Source: the human T2T-CHM13v2.0 reference genome, Homo sapiens. Taken from it: a stretch of DNA of 64,000 nt. Every line of letters starts with the position of its first letter. Positions within the stretch are counted from its first letter, which is position 1. The notes under the pieces were generated by a model. It ran no database searches and was not told the origin of the DNA. It saw only the letters and a list, made by a program, of their open reading frames with translations. Shown here piece by piece: positions 1-13,050 of this stretch. The translations under genes and the position numbers were made by a program. The DNA is taken from the NCBI RefSeq assembly GCF_009914755.1, contig NC_060928.1. One strand, 5' to 3'.

Positions 1-263
1 TTTAAGCACTTCTCTGTATTGGTTATTCTAGTTATACATTCTTCTAAATTTTTTTCAAAGTTTTCAACTTCTTTGCCTTTGGTTTGAATGTCCTCCCGTA
101 GCTCAGAGTAATTTGATCGTCTGAAGCCTTCCTCTCTCAGCTCGTCAAAATCATTCTCCATCCAGCTTTGTTCCGTTGCTGGTGAGGAACTGCGTTCCTT
201 TGGAGGAGGAGAGGCGCTCTGCGTTTTAGAGTTTCCAGTTTTTCTGTTCTGTTTTTTCCCCAT
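1..263 (-). CDS. LINE-1 ORF1p N-terminus (partial, open to the window edge)
   Basis: ATG at 263; translates MGKKQNRKTGNSKTQSASPPPKERSSSPATEQSWMENDFDELREEGFRRSNYSELREDIQTKGKEVENFEKNLEECITRITNTEKCL. Confidence 0.92.
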   Translation of the reverse strand, partial: MGKKQNRKTGNSKTQSASPPPKERSSSPATEQSWMENDFDELREEGFRRSNYSELREDIQTKGKEVENFEKNLEECITRITNTEKCL

Positions 264-718
264 CTTTGTGGTTTTATTTACTTTTGGTCTTTGATGATGG
301 TAATGTACAGATGGGTTTTCGGTGTGGATGTCCTTTCTGTTTGTTAGTTTTCCTTCTAACAGACAGGACCCTCAGCTGCAGGTCTGTTGGAATACCCTGC
401 CGTGTGAGGTGTCAGTGTGCCCCTGCTGGGGGGTGCCTCCCAGTTAGGCTGCTCGGGGGTCAGGGGTCAGGGACCCACTTGAGGAGGCAGTCTGCCCATT
501 CTCAGATCTCCAGCTGCGTGCTGGGAGAACCACTGCTCTCTTCAAAGCTGTCAGACAGGGACATTTAAGTCTGCAGAGGTTACTGCTGTCTTTTTGTTTG
601 TCTGTGCCCTGCCCCCAGAGGTGGAGCCTACAGAGGCAGGCAGGCCTCCTTGAGCTGTGGTGGGCTCCACCCAGTTCGAGCTTCCCGGCTGCTTTGTTTA
701 CCTAAGCAAGCCTGGACA

Positions 719-934
719 ATGGCGGGCGCCCCTCCCCCAGCCTCGCTGCCGCCTTGCAGTTTGATCTCAGACTGCTGTGCTAGCAATCAGCGAGATTCCG
801 TGGGCGTAGGACCCTCCGAGCCAGGTGTGGGATATAGTCTCGTGGTGCGCCGCTTTTTAAACCGGTCTGAAAAGCACAATATTCGGGTGGGAGTGACCCG
901 ATTTTCCAGGTGCGTCCATCACCCCTTTCTTTGA
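719..934 (+). CDS. LINE-1 ORF0 (71 aa, antisense in the 5' UTR), intact
   Basis: Internal ATG of ORF 650..934: MAGAPPPASLPPCSLISDCCASNQRDSVGVGPSEPGVGYSLVVRRFLNRSEKHNIRVGVTRFSRCVHHPFL matches primate L1 ORF0. Confidence 0.85.
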   Translation: MAGAPPPASLPPCSLISDCCASNQRDSVGVGPSEPGVGYSLVVRRFLNRSEKHNIRVGVTRFSRCVHHPFL

Positions 935-1169
935 CTCGGAAAGGGAACTCCCTGACCCCTTGGGCTTCCCAGGTGAGGCAATGCCTCGCCCTGCTTCGGC
1001 TCGTGCATGGTGCGTGCACCCACTGGCCTGAGCCCACTGTCTGGCACTCCCTAGTGAGATGAACCCAGTACCTCAGATGGAAATGCAGAAATCACCCGTC
1101 TTCTGTGTCGCTCACGCTGGGAGCTGTAGACCGGAGCTGTTCCTATTCGGCCATCTTGGCTCCTCCCCC

Positions 1170-1355
1170 GGAAACTCCCATTTTTAAAACCATCAGATCT
1201 CATGAGACTTATTCACTATCATGAGAACAGCAAGAGAAAGACCCACCCCCATGATTCAATTACTTCCCACCAGGTTCCTCCCACAACACTTGGGAATTTT
1301 GGGAGTTACAACTCAATACGAGATTTGGGTGGGGACACAGAGCCAAACCATATCA
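1170..1355 (+). mobile_element. THE1-type MaLR LTR, 3' half (interrupted by the L1)
   Basis: AAAACCATCAGATCTCATGAGACTTATTCACTATCATGAGAACAG ... GAGATTTGGGTGGGGACACAGAGCCAAACCATATCA terminus. Confidence 0.88.
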
Positions 1356-1785
1356 CAGACTGAAAGAAGACAGAAGCTAACTCCCTCATGCTTTGAGCAG
1401 GGGTTCAAAACCATCAGGAAGCTCACTGCTGGACTTCCTTTCTCTTCTCAGCCCTCCCATCATCCTGGAGACTAAGCAGGAGAGACAGGCAGCAAAGAGA
1501 TGGGAGGGGAAGCCAAGAGGAAGTCAATGAGCACATTCTCCAAAAATGCAATGCTTTAGTTTTTCAGACATCTGAGAGAGAAATGGGGACACATTTCATT
1601 CTGAGCTGAGACACTGTTTTCAGGTTTAAGTATATATGTGATTAAATGATATTTAATGATTTTGTACTCCTTTCCACTTAGTTCTCCCATGGGCTCCATA
1701 AAATTATTTCTTTTTCTCTTTAACCCACTGTTAAAAACCTGTTTGGACACACTCTCTCATAAGAACTTATGTGTAGGATGTGTAA

Positions 1786-2093
<308 letters not shown>

Positions 2094-4486
2094 AAGACGT
2101 GTCATTTTCAATAAATCATTGAAGTTGTACGGACTTACTGGTAAAATGAGGTTCTGTCTTGTCCCCATTTGCCCTGCTGGGTGCGTCTATCGAAGTTACT
2201 TTGATCTACTTTATGCTTCCTCCTTCCTTGGTGCTTTTCAGAGTGCAACACAAAACACACTGGGTTATCACAGTTCAGCTCTAATTCTGTGAGAATGCCA
2301 ATAATGAGGATGATCGATTGATGGGTAATAGAACAAAGCCTTGCATTTGAAATGTAGGAGACACCTTACAATAGTAAAAACTTAAGAGGACTCAAAGGTC
2401 CTACAAGATGAACTCAAGCACTTTTTCTTAGAAAACATACCATATTATCATCAGTTTTAATTACAAAATAATAAATATTAGCGTTATTATAAATTGTTCA
2501 AATTTACAACCATTCTGTTAACATGTGATAACTTGAGCCTGACACATAGCTGTAGTTTTGCAGCAACATAGATGTGGCTGGAGGCCATTATCCTAAGTGA
2601 ATTACTCAGAAACAGAAAACCAAATAGTTTATAAGTAAAAGTTTTATAAAATATAAACTATTTTATAGATAGTATACTTCATTGCAATTACAACAAAGAG
2701 TATGTTTTCTTTAAATGGAGGGAATATCATTGCAGTTCTCCTTTCAAAACAAAGGCTTCAGAGAAATGATTAACCAAAAGATCTATATAATAGAAATCAA
2801 TTGTTTCTTAAAACACTGAGTTGAGTTGATTCTGGGCAATTTGGAAGAGAAGCTACCATAGAAATTCAAATTTCCCTTAAAACAAAAAGGCAGGGAATAC
2901 ATAAAGAAAAAATTGTAATGAATATGTGAACAAAGAAATATTAATTTCAATTCTAGTACAAAGTAAAGAAGTTTTTAAAACAATTTTTTAGCCCACTAGT
3001 ATTGTGATGATCAATATTTTCCTCATTGTTTATACACTCTTGTAGTAACACTGCATGCCTGTATCTTCTACATGAATGAAACACAAATGCTGGAACTTAA
3101 ATATTTTAGTAAATATTTGGTCCAATCTATTATTAAAGCAAAAAAATAGTCAATAACACAAATTTTGGGACAAATTTGGAAAAGTCTGAGAGGATTAAAT
3201 TATCTAATCAATCAAGTTCTTTCCTTATATATCGCTTTTATTTTGAAGCAAAACCTATAATTCAGGATAGAACTTTCTCTATTAAAAGCCAAAGCTAAAA
3301 AATGGTCATATTCAACCTAAAGGAAGGCATATGATCTCATTTTGACAGCTGTCTACAGTACCCTTATGTGTAAGGCTCCAGTCAGGACATCAGCAAGAGT
3401 AAAATATGTACAACATTTGGCCATGCCTTCCAGAAACCCTTGTGTGAGAGAGGCAAGTCATGGGTAAAAATTTCATTGCATTTGTAGAATGTTGACAAAA
3501 TATTGTAAGTATATGAAAGAAATAAATTTTCTTTTGAGCAGATCTAGAAAAAATTCTTAAAAGTGGTGGTAGTCAAAGTAAATCTTATGCAATAAGTCAG
3601 ATGTCAGCAATTAAATGTGAGCCCTGACATTCAAAGAAGACACAGGGGCACACAAAGGATACAAGAAATACTAAGATATGCTGGTGTTTTCAAGCATAAA
3701 CTTCTAGAGGTGGAATTTTTTCCTAACACTTATTTCAACACAATGCACAGATATGAACTTAAGACGTTACTTGGTGATGATCATTTTCAGTCACTTTGCC
3801 CAAACAACCCCACTTCCTACTTTATATGTTCAAGCAGTAGCTAAGAACAAAGAAAGTGTTTTCAAATATGAATTCCAAGGATGAAGTAAACTGGTATAAT
3901 GATTAAATACACAGCATTTAGAATTAAAACCAAGTTCAATGCCTTTCTATAACACCAACTATTTGACCTTGGAAAGATGACTAAATAATTTTTATGCCTC
4001 ATTTTCCCTTCTATTAAACAAAAATAGGATAATAGCATCTGCTTCATAGCATTGCTGTAAATATAAAAGGAATAACACGTAATTTTCACATCCCCATTTC
4101 ACAGTTAAGAATTCATTGCATTTCTCCAAACATATATATTTGATTACAGTTTTTACCAAGTTACCTGTGTTTATATTTTTATACTGATGGTCTCCACTAT
4201 TTACCTTCCAGATTATGGTTTCTTAATATAAGAAAACTATACACATGACTCTGCAGAAAATAGTAGGGGGTATTTCTGGTAGAAGGGTCATGAAAAGGGG
4301 AGATGATCTAGAGCTGTTTGCAAGGAGCTGATTTGTGTGACAGAACCAAAAATTAAAACAAAACTCCACACAATGCACAAAGGCAGTGATGCTGTTCACC
4401 TTGACGAAGAGGTACAGGAACATTTTGGGGCTACCCAGCACCACTCATTTCATGAAAATCTGACAAGTCACCAAGTCACTTCCTAG

Positions 4487-4926
<440 letters not shown>

Positions 4927-7709
4927 CTTAGGTTTCTCCCTTATAACCAGTCACTAAAGCTAGTCTTTCCAAGGAAGGAGGATACTGATGTGTGTGAGAT
5001 TTTAAAGGAAGAATAAATATTCCAAATAAAGGTAAGATGTACTGGGCACCCAAGTTCAAAAATGTTGTATATAACAAACCCTGCTTGACCAACCAGTATT
5101 CCTCTCCCTTTTCATTTGTCTTTAGGCAGAGCCTTTGTGACAGTTAATTTATTCTCCAAGGACATTTTGAAACCCTGTTAATCTTAGCTAAAAGGAATTA
5201 AAAGACTACAAGATCAGTAACTGATACCTCCAAAGATAAACTTGTATTTGAACATGAAGGAAATATTCATAAATTTGCCCTTCTTCACTCTTTTTGGCAT
5301 CTCCAGATAACACTCCAAGTCTGAGTATTTATTATGAAACATAAATTTGTTGTTGGAGCCGGAGAGGTGTCAGATATTATTCTTCTTCCTGGATACACAG
5401 ACCAGACTTCCCAACCCCATTCCAGTTAGGAGAGGGCACTGAATGTGAACGCATGTTATCCAGGCGTGCCCCATAAAAACCCACTAAGCAGTCCTCCTCA
5501 CTTCTCACTCCCCTCCTCACTCAAATGGAGACACTCTCAGTGAACTTGGAAGCCACTCTTTAAGGAAAGTAGGGCATCCATCACCTCAAGTCTGAGGATG
5601 AGTAGGTGGCTGTGTCTCTGATCTGTCAACTCTCTAAGGACTATTACATGAATCAGTAACACTGTTTTATTGTATTTAAGCCATTATTCATTTGGAAGTG
5701 TATTTACGACAGCAGTTGGACCCTAACTATAGAGAAAGACTCAATTAGGGAAGAATAGGGAAGTATGTTACAATGTGAATAGATGCTTCACCTGTATAAA
5801 TGGTTGTTATTATTGTTGTTGTTTGTTAACTTCTTTGAGTTAGGCTTATAACAACACAGCTCATCTCATAATGTAGGAAAACATGTTAAGGTCAGTAAAC
5901 TATCCTAAGATTCTAGCAGCTAAACTCCTTTCTGAATTCACAACATTAGCATAGAACATCAGCAAGCCTATAACAATTGAAAGGAGACTCTGGTACGATT
6001 AATAATTTGTTTACTTGACTCTGTCAAAATTTTAGGTGAGTCATAAAAAGGATATGATCTCATAAAATTTAATATCACATTTTACACACACACTGAATAA
6101 AACCAAGCAAACAGTAGCAACCACAGCTCTGGGATAAGAGGGGCTACAAATCTATCTACAGGAGGTGCTACATATTATCAACTGATATATCTAAACACTT
6201 AGTTTGTGTCCAACATTGCCAGAAATTAGGAAGAAACAAAGGACTCATAACATACATTTATAAATTTCACCTTCACAGAAGTTATAATCTATTAATAGCT
6301 GAAGAGGAAAGATTCTCATACATGAAGTAGTACAAAAAGAGTTATTTAAGTACCATGTGGGTTGCTCTGAGAACTAAATGATGTGAGAATTCAAGAAAGA
6401 CATATTTGTGGGTATAGGTATCTTCTGAAAGATTTCATGGAGGGATTGTCCTGCAGAAAAAGAATTTGAGGTTTAGATAAAGACAGAAGTAAAAGACACG
6501 GTAGAGGGGAGTGGATCCGTGTACAGCACCTGAGCATCTGAGCTCTCAATAGCACCATCAGGATTTCTTTCAGGTTCGAGAGAAGCTGACACCCAGCTTC
6601 TTTATCCCCTCCAGGATATCTCTGGGCTGTGACTTAGCAGAATGGGAAAGGTTTTGCAAACATTCCAGGAATCTAGTCCCAGTTTAATTACTTACTATTT
6701 GTGGGTCCTTGAACAAATCCCTCTGTGCCTCAGTATTCTCCTCTGTGATACTGGGATAGTATAAGGCCAAGGCTGTCTTTCTTACAGGATCAAATTGGCC
6801 AATTAATATAAAATGCCTTGAAAATGTAAGAATGTAAGAGCTATAAACATGTAAGTATTATTACCATCCCCACCGTTTGTCCTGCTATTTGCAAAAGCAG
6901 AGGAAAGAACTGCAGCTTAGATGAGTTCTGCTATCCTCAGGGCCACATAGCTGGGTATGCAAGGTAACTTTTCTCTTACTCTCACTTTTATTTGGGGTTT
7001 CACAGTGGGCACAGTGCACCAGCTATGGTAATGCAGTTCAATTATACAGTCAGAGGGCCTTTGGGGGCAATTTGAAGACTTCCTGGATGAACACTCTCTC
7101 GACTGATTGGTTGCACCTACTGTTTCCGTAGCAACTTTAGATCGATTCCACACTCACTGACTTTCTGCTCCCATTTGCTATAACATCACTTTAACATCAA
7201 GAGACATAAGGTAGAAGGATTTTAACAAATGGAAGTATAATTTAAATTGAAGTTTTGGGGTTTTTTTTTTGGAGGTCCCAGAGTTCTCTACATGTTACCC
7301 ATAGTTATAGTAGACTCATAGCTCTTTCCTTTAAGGGAGGTGGATGAAAGCAGATGCTTCTTTAATAAAATTCCTTGTAATAATATTGAGAAAACATTGC
7401 CCAGCACATCCTCTCCCACATTTGCATGAACAAAGACCTCTAGCCAACCTTTAGTTTACCTTCTTCACCAAGACTTGTATGTCAAGGTTCCAAGCAGGCT
7501 CACAACAACCCCATAAGGTAGTATTTTTCCCAGGTTATTTAGGTTTAAAATATTTGACTAAGTGGCAGTGCTGTAAGGTATATAAGTGACAGAGCCAGGA
7601 TCCAAACACATACATAAGTGTGTCTTGACCATGTGAACGTGACCACACCATTGGTGGTTGTACTCTCAGTACAGCATAATCATCATACTTCTGAATGTTG
7701 GTAAATAAC

Positions 7710-8250
7710 TCTGGTTCTTAGTTTGGATTTCCTTAGAAAACAGAGCCTGAGGCAAAGACTCGGGTGCAGGCAGTGTATTTTGGAGCTGATCCCAGAAAGC
7801 AGGAGGAAGTAAGTGGAGAGAGCAAGACAAGAAAGAGGAAAAACTGTTATTCGGTGTGTTATAAAGGTTACTGATGGATGGATTCTGGGTTCTACTTTAA
7901 ACCTCTGAGGAATATATAGGATGTCTTCTAGGATTATCCAGGTGGCAATGGAAGACTGGAGTATTTATGTGCTAGTCTCACCCGTAACCCCTTTGGATGA
8001 GTGTTATTCCTGGGCATTTTTAACACCCCCACACTTTCTGGCTGTTCTTGTGCACAGGATAAGGAGCTACCAGGACACCAGAGAAGACCTTGGGCTAAAT
8101 CACAGAAAGACCCATAACTGGGCTCCAAGTGGAACATTAGCTGTGTTGAGCTAAGACTGAATCATCAGGTAACTGTCCACTATAGCTGCTGCTGAAATTG
8201 AAGCTGGACCCAGTGACTGTGGTGCAGGCACCAGGGGTGTCTGCCTCACC
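7710..8250. mobile_element. Ancient ERVL/MaLR-type LTR relic
   Basis: Degenerate AGAAAACAGAGCCTGAGGCAAAGA ... TATTTTGGAGCTGATCCCAGAAAGCA motif; subfamily and limits uncertain. Confidence 0.5.
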
Positions 8251-8399
8251 CTACTTCTAAGATATTTTACAGCTTGCTGAAATAATTATTAGTTCAGCCT
8301 TGTGACTTGCACAGTCACATGTGACATGAACGTAACCTTAATTCTGGCTACAGAGCAGCACTGTCACAAGACACACAGTTGATTCATCTGTGTGTCTGG

Positions 8400-8630
8400 A
8401 GTAGTAATCATAGTCCAAGTGTGGGCTCTGGGGCAAGACTGCTTAGTTCTACTCTGAGTTTCATCATGGTAAGTCTAAGTGCACAAGTCACTTAAATACA
8501 ATGTGTTTCAGTTTCCTCATCTGTAAAATGGACATAATAGAATCTACCTTATAGTTTGCTGTTGGGTTAAATTAGATAATTAGATGTAAAGCACTCAGAA
8601 GAGCATCTGAACATAGTAAGTATTTAAAGG
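8400..8630 (+). mobile_element. MIR SINE
   Basis: Core TCAGTTTCCTCATCTGTAAAATGG ... ATGTAAAGCACTCAGAAGAGCATCTGAACATAGTAAG. Confidence 0.8.
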
Positions 8631-9459
8631 AGTCAATAGAATTTTTTCAAATTATTTGCAATTTACTAACATATCCATTTTTTCTCTCATAGCAGGAAGG
8701 GAATGTATTATAAGCACTCTGTGCCTTCCCACTCATGATTATAAAATGCTAACCAAAAGCTTAACATAAAATAACTACAAGCCCCAAAACCAAACATCAC
8801 AGTGGCAGGAAATTTCACCACCCAAAGCCCACCACTTTCTTAGCACTTTGTCTTAAAATAATGAAAACTGTTTGGTAGCTTTCCTCTCTCACACGTACTA
8901 AAACTAAAGGGAACATTTTTAAAGTTTAATATTTTTCACTTGGTAAAAATCCTTATTCTGATAGAATAACATCTGGCCAGAGAGGGGGAAAAAAGCAACC
9001 AGCACAGGAGCCGAGTAGCTTCTGGTCTCCATGGTAACAGTGTCCCATATTCTGACCCCTTTAATCACCTGATCCTCTCAGGATAATGAAAGGAGCAAGG
9101 AGACAAAAACCTTAAGACAAAAAAAGTAGCCATTCTTGGAGCCGATGATGACAAGCCAGCAAATGCAGCCCAGAGGTGATTCTAACTACCTCTACTTATG
9201 TGACATTCCCTTAGAATTATATTTTCAGTAGGAGTGATAGGTTAACATTGATCAAGCAGAGCTTAGTCAAAATTGCTCATTACCCCCTTGTAAGCGACAG
9301 CACATAAGCAAGATGGCACCCTGGGGATAGTGGGCAGTTTGCTGCCAAGCTGCAAGATAATTGGTCTCCACAGAAATGAAATTTGTGATATTTTTCTCCT
9401 TACCTTATGCCTTTACCTGATTTCTAGGAAAGATATTGAACATTTTTTGAAACATTAGA

Positions 9460-9645
9460 GCAATGCTTCTCAAAGCAAGAACCACGGAGCTCCTGCATCA
9501 GGATCCCTGGGGGCATTGTTAAATGCGCATTCCCAGGGTTCATCTTCGGTAGATTCTAATAGAGCAAACCTGGAATGCAGCCAAGGAAGTTGTATTTAAC
9601 AAGCAGCTCCAGGGGGTTCTTATGCACCCTATAGTTTGAAACCAC
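9460..9645. mobile_element. MER5A-like hAT-Charlie MITE
   Basis: CAATGCTTCTCAAA ... TTAACAAGCAGCTCCAGGGGGTTCTTATGCAC ... AGTTTGAAACCACT. Confidence 0.65.
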
Positions 9646-10069
9646 TCACTTAGAACGTGAGAGTTACTCCCTCCACTCTGCAATTTATGTTGGCATTCAG
9701 ATCATTTATGAATGTGACAGATTCTTCTTTTCTACAGATGACCTATGGAGATAATCAATTTTTGAGACCAAAAAAAATATATAGGGAAGCATTTAGAACT
9801 ACTGAAGTGAAAGGAAAAAACATCTATGTTTAGGAAAACAAGTATAAATTAACAATGAAAAGTATAACCTATTGCTTGACTAATTTTATTTGCCTATATT
9901 GTCTCACCAGTTATAATGTCTGTATAATTATCATACAGAGTTCCTTTTACTTTTTATAAGAGAGAATTCCTATGTTAAAGGACAGAAACCTAATGCTATA
10001 AATTACTAATCTATTTCATAGCTCCTGAAAAATTATATAAGCTGTATTTAGATGGCATCTGATTTTATT

Positions 10070-13050
10070 CATATATTCACATATTCAAATGTTTACTGAG
10101 CATCTGCTATGTGCTGGACTTAAAGAAGCCAAAAGCCCCCACTACCACAGAGTGCATTCTAGGAAGGAATAAACAATAAACAACTAAGTAAAATACCTGC
10201 TGTGTCAGATGGCGAAAAGCACTATAGAAAAATATAAAGCAAGGGATGAGGTGGTTGCAGTTTTAAATAACTGTTATGGGAAGACCTCAAAAGGAAATGG
10301 CATTTGAGTAAAACCTGAATATGATAAGGGAACAAATATTACAAGTATCTGGTGAAAGAATGTTCAAGGCAGAGGAAATATCAAGTGCAGAAGGCCTGAG
10401 GCAGAACATCCCAGAGAGTAGTGTGGCCAGAACAGAGTAAATGAGGTACAAAGTAGTAGATAAGGTGAAATATAACACTCCTGGTGGGAGAAGGTGGGAC
10501 ATATTGTGACCTTTGACTTTCATTCCAAATAAGACCAGAAGAAGCCATAGGAAGATTTTGAACTGAGAAATTATAGGAACTTACTTACATTTAAAAGGAT
10601 CAGTCTGCACCTGAGTTGAGAATAGACAAGGACAGAGAAAGGGAGACCAATAAAATGGCATTCTAGTACTTTAGATGTTGAATAAGACTATATTGTCAGC
10701 TTTTGTAGTAGCAAGAAATGTTAAGAGTCTAAAAAAGTTTTGAAGGCAGAGTCAAAGAGATTTATTGACGAATTGAATGTTGGATCAAGAAAGAGAGGAA
10801 TCATGTTTTTTATCTGAGGAAGTGGAAAGATGGAGCTGCCTTTTCCTAGATATGAAAGAGTGTGGGCAAAGCAGCGTTCTAAATGTGTTAAGATTAAAAG
10901 ACAAAATTGACAAATGGGATCTAATTAAACTAAAGAGCTTCTGCACAGCAAAAGAAACTACCATCAGAGTGAACAGGCAACCTACAACATGGGAGAAAAT
11001 TTTCGCAACCTACTCATCTGACAAAGGGCTAATATCCAGAATCTACAATGAACTCAAACAAATTTACAAGAAAAAAACAAACAACCCCATCAAAAAGTGG
11101 GCTAGGGACATGAACAGACACTTCTCAAAAGAAGACATTTATGCAGCCAAAAAACACATGAAAACATGCTCATCATCACTGGCCATCAGAGAAATGCAAA
11201 TCAAAACCACTATGAGATATCATCTCACACCAGTTAGAATGGCAATCATTAAAAAGTCAGGAAACAACAGGTGCTCAAGAGGATGTGGAGAAATAGGAAC
11301 ACTTTTACACTGTTGGTGGGACTGTAAACTAGTTCAACCATTGTGGAAGTCAGTGTGGCGATTCCTCAGGGATCTAGAACTAGAAATACCATTTGACCCA
11401 GCCATCCCATTACTGGGTATATACCCAAATGACTATAAATCATGCTGCTATAAAGACACATGCACACGTGTGTTTACTGCGGCATTATTCACAATAGCAA
11501 AGACTTGGAACCAACCCAAATGTCCAACAATGATAGACTGGATTAAGAAAATGTGGCACATATACACCATGGAATACTATGCAGCCATAAAAAATGATGA
11601 GTTCATGTCCTTTGTAGGGACATGGATGAAATTGGAAACCATCATTCTCAGTAAACTATCGCAAGAACAAAAAACCAAACACCGCATATTCTCACTCATA
11701 GGTGGGAATTGAACAATGAGATCACATGGACACATGAAGGGGAATATCACACTCTGGGGACTGTGGTGGGGTGGGGGGAGCGGGGAGGGATAGCATTGGG
11801 AGATATACCTAAGGCTAGATGACGAGTTAGTGGGTGCAGCGCACCAGCATGACACATGTATACATATGTAACTAACCTGCACAATGTGCACATGTACCCT
11901 AAAACTTAAAGTATAATAAAAAAAAAAGAAAAAAAGAAAAAAAAAGATTAAAATATCTGTTAGACATCCAGGTAGCAACGTCAAGTAGACAGTTGGATCC
12001 ATGAATCTGAAATTCAGGAAAGATATCTGGTCTGGATGTATGAATCAGTGAATCACCAGCCTCGACGTTATTTCCAAGGGAGTTAGTGTAAATGGAAAGA
12101 GAAAAAGTTCAATGTCTAAGTGCTGGGGTACTTCAACATTTAAAGGTCCAAGAGATGAATAGAAGCTATCAGAGGAACTGAGATGGAGAAGCCAGTGAGG
12201 TAGGAGGAAAAAGCACTAAAGTGGAATATCCTACACATTAAATCAGCATGTTTCAAAGAGATTGGAGTGATCAACAATGTCAAATGCTTGAAGGTCCATA
12301 AGATGAAGACTAGGAAGTGACCATTGGATTTAGCAACTGGAGGTGAATGACAATCTTCATTAGAGCAGTTAGATGTACTGGTGGTATCAGAATTCTGATT
12401 TAATTGGATTAATGAAGGAATATAAGAGAAATTGGAGAAAGCCAGTATTAAAAAATTCATTCAAGATCTCAACACTAAAGAGGAGGTGAGAAATGGGTGA
12501 TAATGAAGAAAAATGATGAGGTCGAGAGAAGTCAGGTTTTCTTTTCTTTTATCTTTTTTTCTTTTCCCTTTTTTCCTTCCTGTTTTTTTATTCTTCTTTT
12601 TTCAAAATATGAGAATCTAAAGAATGCTTGAAATCTAAAAGAATATTCAAGTAGGAAGAGGTGCTTTGATTACAAAGACTAGAGGGAAAAATTGTTGAGC
12701 CAATGCCCTTGAATAAAGGAGAAGTGATGGGAGCTAGCAGAAGACATGTGGAGGGAGTAGTCTCAGAATGTTTTTTTCCTTTAGCAATAAATTGTTAATC
12801 TATAACATCAGGGGAGAAAGCAGTTGCGTACAGCTGTATAGAAGTCATGGTGGCAGCTTATAAAAGTCCTTCCTCTTCTATTTGCTTTTTTTCTCATTGA
12901 AATGAGAAACAAATTCATTAACAAGAGGAGGAATGGTGAAAAGGTTTTGGAAGTTTGAAGGAGATGACGGTAAGAACTATGTCGTGATCCAGAAGACTGG
13001 GCAGTGAATGGACTTGGGAAATGCGGTATGTTTGCCAGCAGCATTAATGG
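10070..13050 (-). mobile_element. Degenerate LINE-2, interrupted by a young L1
   Basis: L2 3' end ATTCAAATGTTTACTGAGCATCTGCTATGTGCTGG; L2 motifs TTAGACATCCAGGT, GACCATTGGATTTAGCAAC; boundaries approximate. Confidence 0.7.
10900..11943 (+). mobile_element. 5'-truncated L1 (L1PA2-like): ORF2p C-terminus, 3' UTR and poly(A)
   Basis: Uninterrupted [14 protein letters not shown] ... [10 protein letters not shown]; 3' UTR GATGACGAGTTAG (GAG, not the Ta-specific ACA); TSD AAGATTAAAA at 10890-10899 and 11944-11953. Confidence 0.95.

Larger units (their letters stand above)
1..1169 (-). mobile_element. 5' end of a young, probably full-length LINE-1 (L1PA2/L1HS-like): complete 5' UTR plus start of ORF1; continues past window start
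   Basis: Minus strand starts GGGGGAGGAGCCAAGATGGCCGAATAGG at 1169 with an intact YY1 site; ~900-bp CpG-rich 5' UTR; the flank reads TT/AAAAATGGGAGTTTC, an L1 endonuclease site and candidate TSD (1171-1185). Confidence 0.96.

Noticed and set aside
2622-2663. 12-bp inverted repeat AAATAGTTTATA / TATAAACTATTT
   Set aside because: Short, AT-rich and at the end of an L1 fragment; plausibly chance or a repair scar
10777-11712. 311-aa ORF as a novel gene
   Set aside because: It is the L1 ORF2p C-terminus, by chance in frame with L2 flank sequence and starting at a non-ATG codon; endonuclease and RT domains are absent
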